64,000 bases of DNA from Perna viridis (lineage: Eukaryota). The notes under the pieces are model-generated. The model did no database searches. It saw only the letters and a program-made list of their open reading frames with translations, and was not told the origin of the DNA. The position numbers and the translations under genes are program-made. Where the stretch lies: NCBI GenBank assembly GCA_037379345.1, contig CM074519.1:41770851-41834850 (forward strand), written 5' to 3'. How positions within the stretch are numbered: the first letter of the stretch is position 1; each line of letters starts with the position of its first letter. Below are positions 34,801 to 46,800 of this stretch, in pieces.

Positions 34801-37152
34801 GTTAGGGTAAACAACTATATAAAATGTTTTAAATGGGAACTATTTTACTATAATTCGGCAGATTTCAAGGAACGTCGGAACAAACGGTTTGCAATATGGC
34901 GCTCAGAAGTAAGAGGTTGAGGTATGCGCATGGAGAAACGGACTTCAAACCGCTTACACTGTAGGAGTAATGGCACGCGGATTCCCAGTTTTCCTGTTTT
35001 TTTTTTGTTTTTTTTTTGTTCAGTATTATAAAAATCTGACAGGAGGTGACTCATGCATGTCAAAAACCCACCAAATTCATATTTATTACTTCTTAAGAAG
35101 CAGTTCTGAATACATAATCAGTCTCAGTTTTTCATTTGATTGTTGCTCTTTTAAGAAAAAAATAATATAGAGATTGTACATGAAACTGGCACTTCGCAAG
35201 AGTTATCGTTTTTTTTTTAGATTTGATTTGGTTGTTTAGAGTGGGAGATAAGTGTACGATTTTCTCAAAAATATAGACCTGAATACAGAAAGGATCACAG
35301 TTATGCAAGTATATAGCATATGCAGACTGGAAGTAGCATTGTTTGTTCGGTGAGTTTTTCAACACAATGAATCACTTTGCTATTGACAGTGTCTGTTTTA
35401 TATGAATTGGTGCTTAAGAAGTAAAACAGTGCAATAAAAACTAGATTAAGCTTACGCATCAATAATCCGTTCTGGTTCTCCACCGGCGAAATAAAAGCCT
35501 GTCTGTTGTCTTATCATGCTAATAACAGTAGGATCTGAGTTTCTTGAGTAGTCGGTCCAGGAGATTGGAATACAGTACACTGACCTTGCATGGTGTTGGT
35601 TAATGAAGACATTAGTATATTGTTTACAACTTGATGTGGGATATAATGTAGCCGCCACTATTACACCAATTTTGGCTACATTACTGCCTCCCTGCAATGA
35701 AATTATCAGAAGTTGAACAACAAGAACAACGCTTATTTATTCGTGTTCTATTCAGTGCTCATTTTTTTAAATTAAGAATTGGCAATAATAAAAGTGCAAT
35801 AAACAAATATGCACATGGAAAATTTATGTTATTTTTCAATGGACAATTTTTTTTATCATAGCCATTTATTATTAGAATTAATTTTAAAACATGTTTTTAT
35901 CTTTAAACAATGGAAAAGTAGCTCTGAATTTAACTGAATAGGGGGTGTGTCAATATTTTTTTATCCATTGAGATATAACAAGATTATTTTAACCAATCAG
36001 ATTGCAGTATTTATCTCAAATCAATTTATTTAGAAATGTTGTGTACCCTAAAGTGACCTTCTTGCCGGGTTTCTTAATTGTACGTATTGCTAGGACAACT
36101 AAGTTAACTACTAAATCCCCATCTCAGGTGTTTAACAAGTGTCACAAAATTGTCTCCAAAGTATTGTGGTACTTGTTATTCATAAAGTTCCTTCAATCAG
36201 ATGTTGATTTCCATATAACCGGATAAAAACGTAATATTTTTTTTTACTCTTTATACCATCATCACATTTTCACAACAAAAGGAAGACTGGAAACTTTAAT
36301 TCAAAACTGCTTTTTATACAAATGACGAGGATTGTAGCAAAGATACATTGTCAAAGCCCACTAGTAATCTTTCTTGTTTGAAGATAATTATCTGTACAAA
36401 AACAAATATATACAGGTAATGAAACCACTTTGTTGAACTTTCTGATTGATACAAAATTTGTTCAGTTTGGAAGATGTCTTTTTTTTTTCAACAGACAGCA
36501 GAATCCCTATGGTTACCAGTTTTCTACCTCTATTTTCTGAACTTTTAAATGATTACTTAATCCAAATAAAAGAGACGAAAGTTGGCACAATCCTTTATTG
36601 TCAGCCTTCACTATGATTAAATAATCCATTTACCCAAAATGGTTCACACTGAGATTCATTTTGAAATTGACCAAATTAGAGAGCACTCAAACTATACGAT
36701 AAGGATCTCCAACTGTCATAGATAACCTTTCTCTTCAAAAGTGCGTATTGAAAAAAGAAGGACTTTATTAGCACTCGCCAGGAACGCGGATGTCACCCTT
36801 GGTTTTAAGTTTTAGTTAGACTCGTGTTGTCCGGTTTATTTATTTCTGCTTTTTAGATCATTCGAGTTTTTATGTTTTTGTTTTGTGTGTGTTAGTTTTC
36901 ATTTACATCATCGGTATTTCTATACTTCTTCATTTAGATATTAATCAGCATAATATAAAAACTTATCAAACTCGTGGTTACATAACTTACCGCGAGGTCA
37001 ATGATTGTCTGATAGAAATGAGTATTATTATCGTTATAAATCCCTCCCCCTAAAACTAAAGTCCTCGAAGCAGCACCATCACAGCCTCGTACTAATATGG
37101 AAACAGCAGTAACAAAGAGGTAAAACCAGACTAACTGGTTGCTTGCTGACAT
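28842..37152 (-). CDS. Secreted cyanophycinase-like serine peptidase (peptidase family S51, class I GATase-like fold), about 423 aa
   Basis: Exons 37152-36991, 35691-35456, 34268-34135, 33013-32881, 31544-31403 and 29306-28842 (1272 nt, in phase). Signal-peptide-like N-terminus (MSASNQLVWFYLFVTAVSILVRGCDG). Motifs LVLGGG, GFYFAGGEPERI, nucleophile GSSAG, GGLGF...LDAHFSQKGREGRL and GIGIDENTAL give the Ser-His-Glu triad of cyanophycinases. Confidence 0.88.
29500..29748. mobile_element. Foldback/palindromic MITE remnant
   Basis: CAGTGAGTTGAC..TCTGACCTTGTT..AATAGCC..AATGGAACTTAAACTCT pairs with AGAGTTTAAGCTCCATT..GGCTACT..AACAAGGTCAGA..GTCAACCGACTG. Confidence 0.6.
29765..31345 (+). mobile_element. 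Helentron-like non-autonomous element with nested insertions, in cyanophycinase intron 5
   Basis: 5' AACAAGAGGCTCCCAGGAGCCTG..CCTGG, internal tandem units, a (GAC)n microsatellite and a 3' hairpin AGCTCACATGGCCTTTGGCCAAGTGAGCT. Interrupted by about 30010-30440 and the Penelope tail at 30445-30646. Confidence 0.7.
31818..32037. mobile_element. MITE flanked by TTAA (piggyBac/Kolobok-like)
   Basis: TTAA|GGGAGGTCT...AGACCTCC|TTAA, with internal inverted CAATTCGATTTC/GAAATCGATTTG repeats. Confidence 0.65.
32290..32734 (+). mobile_element. 5'-truncated Penelope-like element: RT C-terminus plus 3' tail
   Basis: LYRARTLTYRLLEQGYVAPRLK*SLQKFCGRHHE...YGVSICTMKTDLF continues the peptide of 7003-7210 and is followed directly by the repeated tail. 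Confidence 0.8.
33745..34195 (-). repeat. Degenerate tandem echoes of the cyanophycinase exon 3 end plus donor
   Basis: The true junction TACTTACTTCCTCCCCACAGCATTACAGCTGAGGACATGCATTCCTCCCCAGCGCTGGA is re-seen in decayed form at about 34063, 33935, 33835 and 33745. Confidence 0.6.
36310..36660 (+). mobile_element. Highly degenerate Penelope-like RT core fragment
   Basis: LLNFLID..FVQFGRCLF/QQT..IPM.T...PLFSEL resembles the RT motif F.Q..GIPMG.NC.PL.ADL. Confidence 0.5.
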
Positions 37153-40017
37153 AGTTCCGGCGAAGATCGCGTAGTAAAAGAACAGTACGTTGATAACAAG
37201 ACCGTGACTACAGGGTTATAGGTCTACATAATATCCAAGGTTATCTATAATAGTTCATAGACAAGGTCATTGGTGCACTACTTTGCATTTCTCTCTATGC
37301 AGAAGTGTCAAGTGTAAATGGTATACTTTGGTTTATATAGTTCGAACATTGGGACTTGCATATAGTGTAAGTAGTGAACAAAACATTTGGATTTTTAAAA
37401 TGCCCGATGGTGAAACAATTTCTCTATGTACCTAGTCCATGCCCCCAGTTTTTAGTTCTGTGTTTATGTACGTGTTATTTGGTTGGTTATTTCATGTTCT
37501 TTGTTGTGCACTTCTATTTCCTTTATCTAGTAGTTATGTGCTTTTTGGTATCCTTTTACTCCAGCATTGCTAGAGGTTGTCTGGCAAGCTATTTTTTGAC
37601 TTGGTGCCATCCTTGAGGTATGGAGGAACGGAATTCCAACCTCTTACGTTGTAGGAGTAATAACCTTTCTAACCGTGTTCCCTCAATTTCCCTAGATAAC
37701 ATGCGTATACCCGTAAATGGTCTAGACCAACGAGCTGAACCTTACACTTGTCTCATAATCAGCACTGTTCCTGTCAGGACCATGATGTTCTTCTATACGG
37801 AAAAATACAAACATTTATTACAAAGGGATGATTGTACGCTTCTTCTGTTGTTCATTATTATTTGGACGGTAACGTACCTCTAGTTATTTTCTCTCGTCTG
37901 AATATAGCTGAAATATTGCTGCTCGGACGTTAAACCCCAACAAACAAACAAACAAAAGTTATTTTCTCGTATGTGCAACTATTTGTCTGATTTTCTATAC
38001 ACCTGAATAGTTTTTGCTATCAAAAACTTGTCAATAGTTTTATCTATTTTTTCATTGATACGAATGCATTAATTATTCGTAAATATGACTTACAGACATC
38101 AGACACGGCTCACGAATTCAAATCCAATTTAATGGTAATATTTCTTTTACATTGCACAAATGCGCATACTCATTTCAAAAGGGTATGGATCAAGGCATTA
38201 GAAATGACATTTTTCGAATGAATATTGATTCCCAGTCCCGGGGGCTTCGCATGTTGCGACGGTATTTGTTGACATTGTACCGGACAGGGGTATGCTCTCC
38301 TCGCATACAATACCCTTATACTAAAAATAAAATCTCACAAGTTTTCAAATTATTCCAATCACATTTAATACAAGAATCCAATTTGAACTAGACACAAATA
38401 TAATATTGAAAATTCCGTCAAACTAGCGCAATTTATTATTTTTAATATTTATGCAATTATTGGCATTGCATAGGACTGTTAAACTCTTTCTAATATTATT
38501 GAACTGAAATGTTACATATGATTTACGTCCATAACATGACCAATTGTACTAAATACCAGGCAGAAGGAAGAAGAAAAATATTCATGTTGCTGAAAAATTT
38601 ATTTCAAATTAATTTTGATATAAGGTAAAACAAGTACTACCTATAAAAATCAAGATGGCCGACGCAGTAAAATTTTTTTCTTTTTACTTATAATTTTCTA
38701 CATTTCATTCAAGAAATAACAAGAGGACCAAACATCATTTGTCTATGTTAACATGCAATCGAGATCTTTAATTCATTAAAAATTTAATGATACAAGAAAA
38801 TACATATGCATGAAGGTACCTATAACCTAATGGCTTATCATCCAGCAGTTAGTTTCTACCCTCAAGTAGACACAAACTATTGGTGTTTTTTTTTTATTTG
38901 AAAAAAAAAAAACATTTACTTATAACTATTGCTTTAGAGATCTATGTCTTATCTAGCATACAATAGAGGGGATACAGCCCCTCCCGAAAAGTTTTTGATG
39001 TGCCTTCACCCAGCTCAAGGTTTAAAAGATTATCCAACACCATTTCAATCATAACTTTCCTTTTTTCTGGAAACGTATGTTTAAGTTTTACTAGGATGAA
39101 CCATGAAATAATTATATTACAATTGAATGTAAAGACTGGGTTCTGTAAGTATCAGGCAAAATTGAAAAATTATTAATTGTTCAGAAAAAAAACCCCCACA
39201 AATTTCACAATGTGGACACATAGTTTATGGTCTATTGAAGAAGAATTGACAGTTTGTTTCTCTTAGAAGTGTCAGAGGAGGCAGAAATACAACAGACTGT
39301 TAGCGGACAAGTGACTAATGAAATTGCAATGCATTATGTATTTATACCTCAAATTCCCGACACATAAAAAAATTCTGTATAAATTCCAGGTAACATTTTT
39401 GATAATATTTTTTGAAGACTTGTGTGTATTCATTCACTGTCTGATTCTAAGCATATAATCATACTCCACCCCACAAAGCATTAAGTATGCCTATATGAGT
39501 TTGGCTTAGTGAACTTAAGTGACCTCCAGCTGTCGCACTGTAAATGATTGGATTTATCATCGATTTGTCAATGATAACGCATTAATTTTCAGGTTCATAT
39601 TTTTATTTCACAGGTTGAGAATTTTTAGTTGTACTTCTTGGTCCACCAAGGACATAGTGAAAATAACGTGGAAATTATTATATATTATATGTGTTTCTAA
39701 CAATTAATTTCCCCCTTAAATATTGAAAGTACAGCACATCATTGAAAAATAACCAAAAAAAAATCAGCTACATTGTAACAAGAGAAAAGTAGAGACAAAA
39801 AAATACAGTGAGACTATCTAAACCAAACACCAGTCTATACTGAAGGGGTTTGGTTTACATAGGTTTTACTGTATTAGAATAAATTATAAATGTTTGAAAA
39901 ATCATAAAAAAAACTTACAAGTATGATCTGGATTTCTCAGTCATAAATAAAAATCCATACACATTTCAATTTATTTTTTCATTCATGTAAAGCATTGGTT
40001 GATAACATGAAGGATCA

Positions 40018-40203
40018 AGAAACATGAGAACAGTCTAAGTACTGCTCAGTGACTCCCTCTTTAAAGAAACATGAGAACAGTCTAAGTACTGCTCAGTGAC
40101 TCCCTCTTTAAAGAAACATGAGAACAGTCTAAGTACTGCTCAGTGACTCCCTCTTAAAGAAAAATGAGAATAATCGAAGTACTGCTCAATGACACCCTCT
40201 TTA
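40018..40203. repeat. 47-bp tandem repeat x4
   Basis: AAGAAACATGAGAACAGTCTAAGTACTGCTCAGTGACTCCCTCTTTA. Confidence 0.92.
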
Positions 40204-40810
40204 AAAAAAAAAACACTAGTAATCCTTGTAACTCAAATCACATTAAAAAAACAAGCACTGCTCATGGTTCTGTGTAATGAAAACATATTTTTGGTAACAA
40301 TGACCTTGAGTTTCAACCTACTAATATGTAATTCCATAGGTATCTGCGGTTGATTTCATCTAAAAATTGCAATTGTAATGGCTTTTGAAAGAAAACAGCA
40401 TTGTGATGTCATTAATTAGGACAAATATTACACTTATGACTTCATGGGAAATGAACCATTGGTTTTCTTTGGGGATGAAGCTTCCAGTTACGTAAGGTCT
40501 ATCAAGTTCTATCAAGTTAAACCCTAACTCTATCAAGATCTACTGAAGAAAACTAAAGTTTCATGAAAGAAAATAAATATAAACAGACAAATGGTCATTC
40601 ATAAGAAGGGACATTAAGCCCATTTTATAAAAAAAAACATCTTCTCTGTAGAAAAGTTAATAGTTTGTATAAAGAGCAAATTCACATACAAGTATCTTTA
40701 AGATCAGACAGCATACATTTAATACAGAAATAGAAAATATTGTTAGAATCACAACCATACAACATTCTAACATACATGGATATCACATAAAAAAATATCA
40801 AATAATAGCA

Positions 40811-43800
40811 CTATATTTTTTTCTCTGGTTTGAGTAGATATATCTGTCTATAGCTGCCAATGGCCATAACGGGACGGGCGGAGTTATTGTCATGGTCACA
40901 GCAGTAAACTCCCTGACTTAGATCTGTTACCTGGCCTATTGTCTGTTAAGAAATAAAAAAAAATGAATATAAGACATTTGCCACATTTATCACTAAAGAT
41001 AAAAAATATCAGTATTTTAGGGTTGTGACAGAAGTCTACAGATATAGGATTTTTATAACTTGTGTAGTGTTCCATACATATGATTATGTGTGAGCAAAAG
41101 GAACCATGCCTTTATGAGGGATTTATATAAGCACCCTGCCATTTCTGTCAAATTTCTCTAAATAGATTTTAAAGCTAGAGTTTTTATTTCACCTGGACAA
41201 CTGTGGTGCCTCTTCAAAAGATGCAGAGAACACTATTGTGTAGAGGGCCATGAATTAAATCCTTGACAGATTGTAACAAAAGACTAGAGGGCTGCATATG
41301 GAAGATAGCATTAACTGAGCGTGTCAGTATGTGCCTCACATTCTGTGTGGAAGGAGACTGACAAAAGTAGAAAGAGAAGAGACAACCCAATGATTTTATA
41401 ATGTAGAAAGAAAAGGAATATTTATAAACCAAATTACAATCCCATGAAAGACAAAGTAATACATATTTATTGCGTTTGTAATTTCTCTTTGAAATGAAAT
41501 ATATGAAAGTTGTCGATAAACTAGTCAATATTGTGATATTTAGACTGCTCACAGGACAGTGCTATTGACAAAGACCATGATAATGACCTCACTTACAGCA
41601 GGATCATTATCGCTGTCATAGTCGACACCACTGTCCTGTGGGCAGTGTAAATATCACGATATTGACCAGTTTATCAACAACTATTATGTTAATTTCATTG
41701 AGGAACCATATCCTCGATTTTTTTTCAGAAAGTCATGCAAATCATGTTTCTGCATTATACATTGACAACTGCTTGATCACAAATGCATTTTAATAAGCGG
41801 ATGTAACTCTAAATTTGTAACCGGTCATTTCCAATGTGTGATAATGCCCGCGGGCATTATCACCATATGGTATTGACTGGTAAAACTTTATACTGCAGGT
41901 TAATTAATACCAAATGTAAAAGTTTTAACCAATTGAAATTACTGATTTTTCACTGATATGAAATGAATTAGTGTTAATATATTTTACAATGAAGTAATCT
42001 TGTGATATTTTTTAACTTACACTAAGTGTTCTTCTCCATCTACCAGTGTTTTTAAGTTTAAACTTACACAATGTACCAGTATTCATCTATTTCCTTTTTG
42101 AGCTAAGTGTTCCTATATCTACTACTTTGATTCAGTTTTTACTTACACTAAGTTTTCCTATATCTACTACTTTGATTCAGTTTTTACTGACACTAAGTGT
42201 TCCTATATCTACTACTTTGACTCAGTTTTTACTTACACTAAGTGTTCCTATATCTACTACTTCGACTAAGTTTTTACTTACACTAAGAGTTCCTATATCT
42301 ACTACTTTGATTCAGTTTTTACTGACACTAAGTGTTCCTATATCTACTACTTTGACTCAGTTTTTACTTACACTAAGTGTTCCTATATCTACTACTTTGA
42401 CTCAGTTTTTACTTACACTAAGAGTTCCTATATCTACTACTTTGACTCAGTTTTTACTTACACTAAGTGTTCCTATATCTACTACTTTGACTCAGTTTTT
42501 ACTTACACTAAGAGTTCCTATATCTACTACTTTGACTCAGTTTTTACTTACACTAAGTGTTCCTCTATCAACTACTTTGGCTAAGTTTCGATCAGATCCT
42601 CCACATAGTATACTGTCTCTACCCAACCACTGGCAACAGTATAACTAAAATCAATTTAAAAAAAACCAAATATTTTGGTCAGAGCTTCTAGTCCTACTTA
42701 AATGAGCTGATAGAAAATCAATATAGTGGACCAACACAGCAGAAAATCAATATAGTGGACCAACACAGCAGGAAATCAATACAGTGGACCAACACAGCAG
42801 AAAATCAATATAGTGGACCAACACAGCAGAAAATCAATATAGTGGACCAACACAACACAATTCACCTAGTATGTATATTGTTTTAATTCATTTTCAGATC
42901 AAAATACATGTATCATGAAGTACACCAAGTTTCCTTCTTTTAGCCTTAAAATTGTTAAAACTGGCTTTTTTGCCATTATTGGCTGTTTTGCCCTTAGATA
43001 CAATCTAGGTGTGGTACAAAAAACTGTATTGTTTATATACATGATATATGTGATACAAAAAGGGTAGTAACAATAAACACAAGCCAATAATCCAAAGGAA
43101 TAGTTAAAAAGGAAAGTCTGTGTAAAAACTGGAAAGTTGGACCACCCTTTTGTTCAGAAATGTTGTTGATTTTTTGGAAAATATGAGCAAAAAAGAGCAA
43201 ATTATTGCCTGGACGCCCCTCTGTTTCTTAAAATGTATGGAATCATCCCTACAATATGTAGATAATAAGAAAGTGGGAATGAGGTCAGAAGCTGGTAACA
43301 TACCTGTGTTTGACCCATTGGATCTGGAGGTACATCTTTTATTTTTTCTGCTGATGAGAAATCCCAAATCTGAAATGTCATTGTTTATACAAAGTATGGG
43401 TAAATCTTAGATAAAACTCATTTAATTAAGAAAAATATCTAAATTTGTGGAAAAATGTATTACAAGATTAAATACAAGTATCATATAGGATTGAATAAGA
43501 ATTTCTTGGGTTATTTTCTAACCATCTTAGTTACATTTTTTTTGCATATTCCTTAATTCACACATTACATAATAATTTTTCCTTATCAGAGGTAAGTCAG
43601 AGAATGATATGATGATTTATCTGCAAAAAAGACATATTTAAGATAATAATAAACAGTATTTAAGACTTTGGAGGCATCATATGTGGATTTGGTGATGGCA
43701 AATTGATTTTACTGGAGATGTATAAATGGGAGATAGTAAACCAGTATTGCAACTGTCAAATCTAGATTGATGAAAACAAAATTTTTAAATACTATACAGT

Positions 43801-46800
43801 TATCAATGACTCTAGGTAACTGTCAAATATATTTGTGAAAATTACATTTATAAATCTTTACAAATGTTGTCTGCACATGTGTAACAGTTTTGAGGCAGTA
43901 AACTGTGGAACTGATACCCCCAAATTAGCAGTGTTGTCCAATGCACTTCCCAATTATAACAAATGTTGCATTAACATTGTTTTCTTATACATTGAACATT
44001 AGTATTTACTTCACTGACATTTCTCATCTAAAATTTGGTTACATGTTACTCACCTGTAAAACTTCATTTTTCCTCCATGACCCAGTCAGTATGTGATTAT
44101 TGTAAGGGTCTATATCTAAAGCATCACCACAAATATGAGGTCCATGCAAATATCTAGAAAAATAGGACATACAATTGAGGAGTCCAATTTCGTGAATGCT
44201 TCCTCATTTCATATTCAACCAATCAGACCCAAACTTAGGAAAAATAACTTCTATTAACTTTAAAACTTATTAATTTTCAATTTTCATTTTCTGACAGAGA
44301 AAGTTCTTTTCTGAGAGTTTTTTTAGGACTGCACCAATTCTTCCATTCTAAATGTATTGAAAAGCAACAGGAAATTAAATTTCCATATTATCTAAAAAAA
44401 CTATACTACAGTCAGTTCCCACAAAGTAGTGCTATGATATGTCAGCTAGCTTTGTTTTTTTTTAATATGTGATCTTTTGCCAGTTATATACAACCCAGAC
44501 ATGAAATTCAATGAGTAACTTGTCGGGATTTTTTAGAATAGTAGAGGATACTTCACCCAACCTGTGCACCTCGTCCATGATCCAAATTTTTATTTACTTT
44601 TGTTTCTTTGTATACATGTATGTGATTCATATTTTTGTGTGTGTGTCTATTTTCCATGTCTTGTCTTCATCATTTTAATATATTCTTTTGATTATAGCTG
44701 GAATCTTGGTTCCCTTGATTAATATCTGATGTACATGAAATGCATAGAAATATAAAGAAAAGGTTTTACCTAATAGAATGGGGTTGCCTATCATCCCAGT
44801 ACTGTAAAAAAGTAAAAAGCTGTAAAAAATCTCATTTAAACATTTCCAATAAATAATTAAATACACATTTAACACAAAATTCTGTTTTATAACAGATACA
44901 TTCCAGAAGTTGACAACGTAAATAAGAATAATACATTTACTAGTAATTAAGATATAATTTAGTTCTCCTAGATATTTAAATATCAAAATAAATTGAGTTA
45001 GCTCCCCTTTTACTGACATCAAAAGCTACAAGATAATATTTTAGCATAATTCAAGGCCAATATACATGTGATTAAAGATCATTCAGTCCCACTATGTAAA
45101 GACCATCACTGAAGAGGGACCACCTGATTAGTTAACAAGGCATTGATCTCTCAGAAATGAGGAAGAAAACAAGGAGTTTGCCTAGTAACTTACATGTACT
45201 GTATTATCCCAGCCACCTGACAGGAACACATGAGGTATTTCTGGATGATAGATGGCAGCAAATACTCTGAAGTGATGGCCATCCATCTTGTTCCTACTGT
45301 CACTATAAACATGAAATGAACAATCATGGATATCATATCATTTGGAAATGAGTATGGCAAGATATATATTAGTATGTTTGATTCTAATCTGTAAGACAAT
45401 GACATGATTTTGAACATTATAACTATAATGGTTTAAGAGAGAAAAAATATTCTTATTCATTTAATCAAAGCTCCCAAACTGACAACTCAAATACTGTTGG
45501 TCAAAAATTGAAATTTGAAAATATGTATTAATTGTTGACTGTAAACCATGCAGTCTGCCCAGGCATTAATGTGCTATCTTCCAAACATACCTTGGTTCTA
45601 AAGTACTCAGTTTTTTCTTGGTTTCCTCATCATATACATATATCTGTGTGGTATCACCAGTAGTAATGAACTTTGTCCCCTCAGGGTTCAAGGCTACATT
45701 CAATGTGGTCCTGGCTTCATTGATAGTATGTAGACATTTACTAGAAGTGTAATGCCAAATTTTAACATGACCTGATGCATCTGGATAAGAAAATAAAAAT
45801 AACCAACATGTAAGAAAGTTTTATGTCAAGCCCCACCCCCCCCCCCAAAAAAAAAAAAAACCCAAAAAAAACTGTTTCTTGGAACCTGCAAAAAAATTGG
45901 GTAGGTACATGTAGGTAGGGAAATTATTTCATTTTTCAAAAACGTTCTTCATTGAGTTATTTGGGAAACAATCCAGACCTTAACAGTGCTTGAGCCAAAA
46001 TGGCCATTTAATGTTTAGGGTATGCACTAAAAATAGGTTAGGTAATAAATAGGTAGGGTAACAGGAAAAAGATAATTTTTTGGGGCCTCAGATTATTTAA
46101 AAATCCTGGAAATTCAGAAAATTACTGCTCAAAGTGTAGCTGAGACTAGCAGATAAAATGATTTATTCACAGCAATAATTTGTTTAAAATGACAGTATCA
46201 GTTTTTAACTTACTTGTAGAGAAACAATTTTGTAACAAGCAAGCTTCAAGAGGTCTGGTGGGGTATAGATTACAGTAACAGATGATACACCAGTAAAGTA
46301 CTTTTATTACTCTATTTCAAAGTGTCCCCTAGCTATATCTTGTAAAAGTTTTTAATTGGGAAGGAAAGAGCTGGTTTTGTTGGGGCATGGTGGGAATGCA
46401 CCCTCTCTAAGATTGACAAAGCATGAGGTATAAGATGAAAAGAAATTCATTAATCTATTTTGTAGTTACAAAAACAAATACAAACATTTAATAGGACAAA
46501 ATAATCATCTGTCTTAAATAGAGATATACTGAGAAACTATTCGTCTATAAGACAGGTGGCAGCCTGAATTATTTCATTGCCTTTTATACAGGTATAGACA
46601 TAAAATATCCAAATTACACCAAGTTATGGTTTAAATATTTTATATATATACTTGTTTATTATTTTACCTAGTATAAGGTGAGGCAATAAAATTTGGCCAT
46701 GACTTTAAATCTGATGTTTCAGTCAGTTAAAAACACCAAATTATCTTGTTGCATGAATCAAATCATTCTGACACTTTGATAACTAAAGCCAATTAACTCT

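Noticed and set aside
28842-37152. Bacterial contamination as the source of the cyanophycinase
   Set aside because: It has five spliceosomal introns filled with the same repeat families found in the neighbouring animal genes.
19638-37152. Functional operon-like link between the sulfotransferase and the cyanophycinase
   Set aside because: Co-orientation and adjacency are the only evidence. They are 7 kb apart, and no shared pathway is known.
42046-42648. 200-aa plus-strand ORF with 15-aa repeats (LLTLSVPISTTLTQF)
   Set aside because: It is the antisense reading of the 45-bp donor-echo array and WD-B exon 9. It is open only because the unit is a multiple of 3 and has no stop in that frame.
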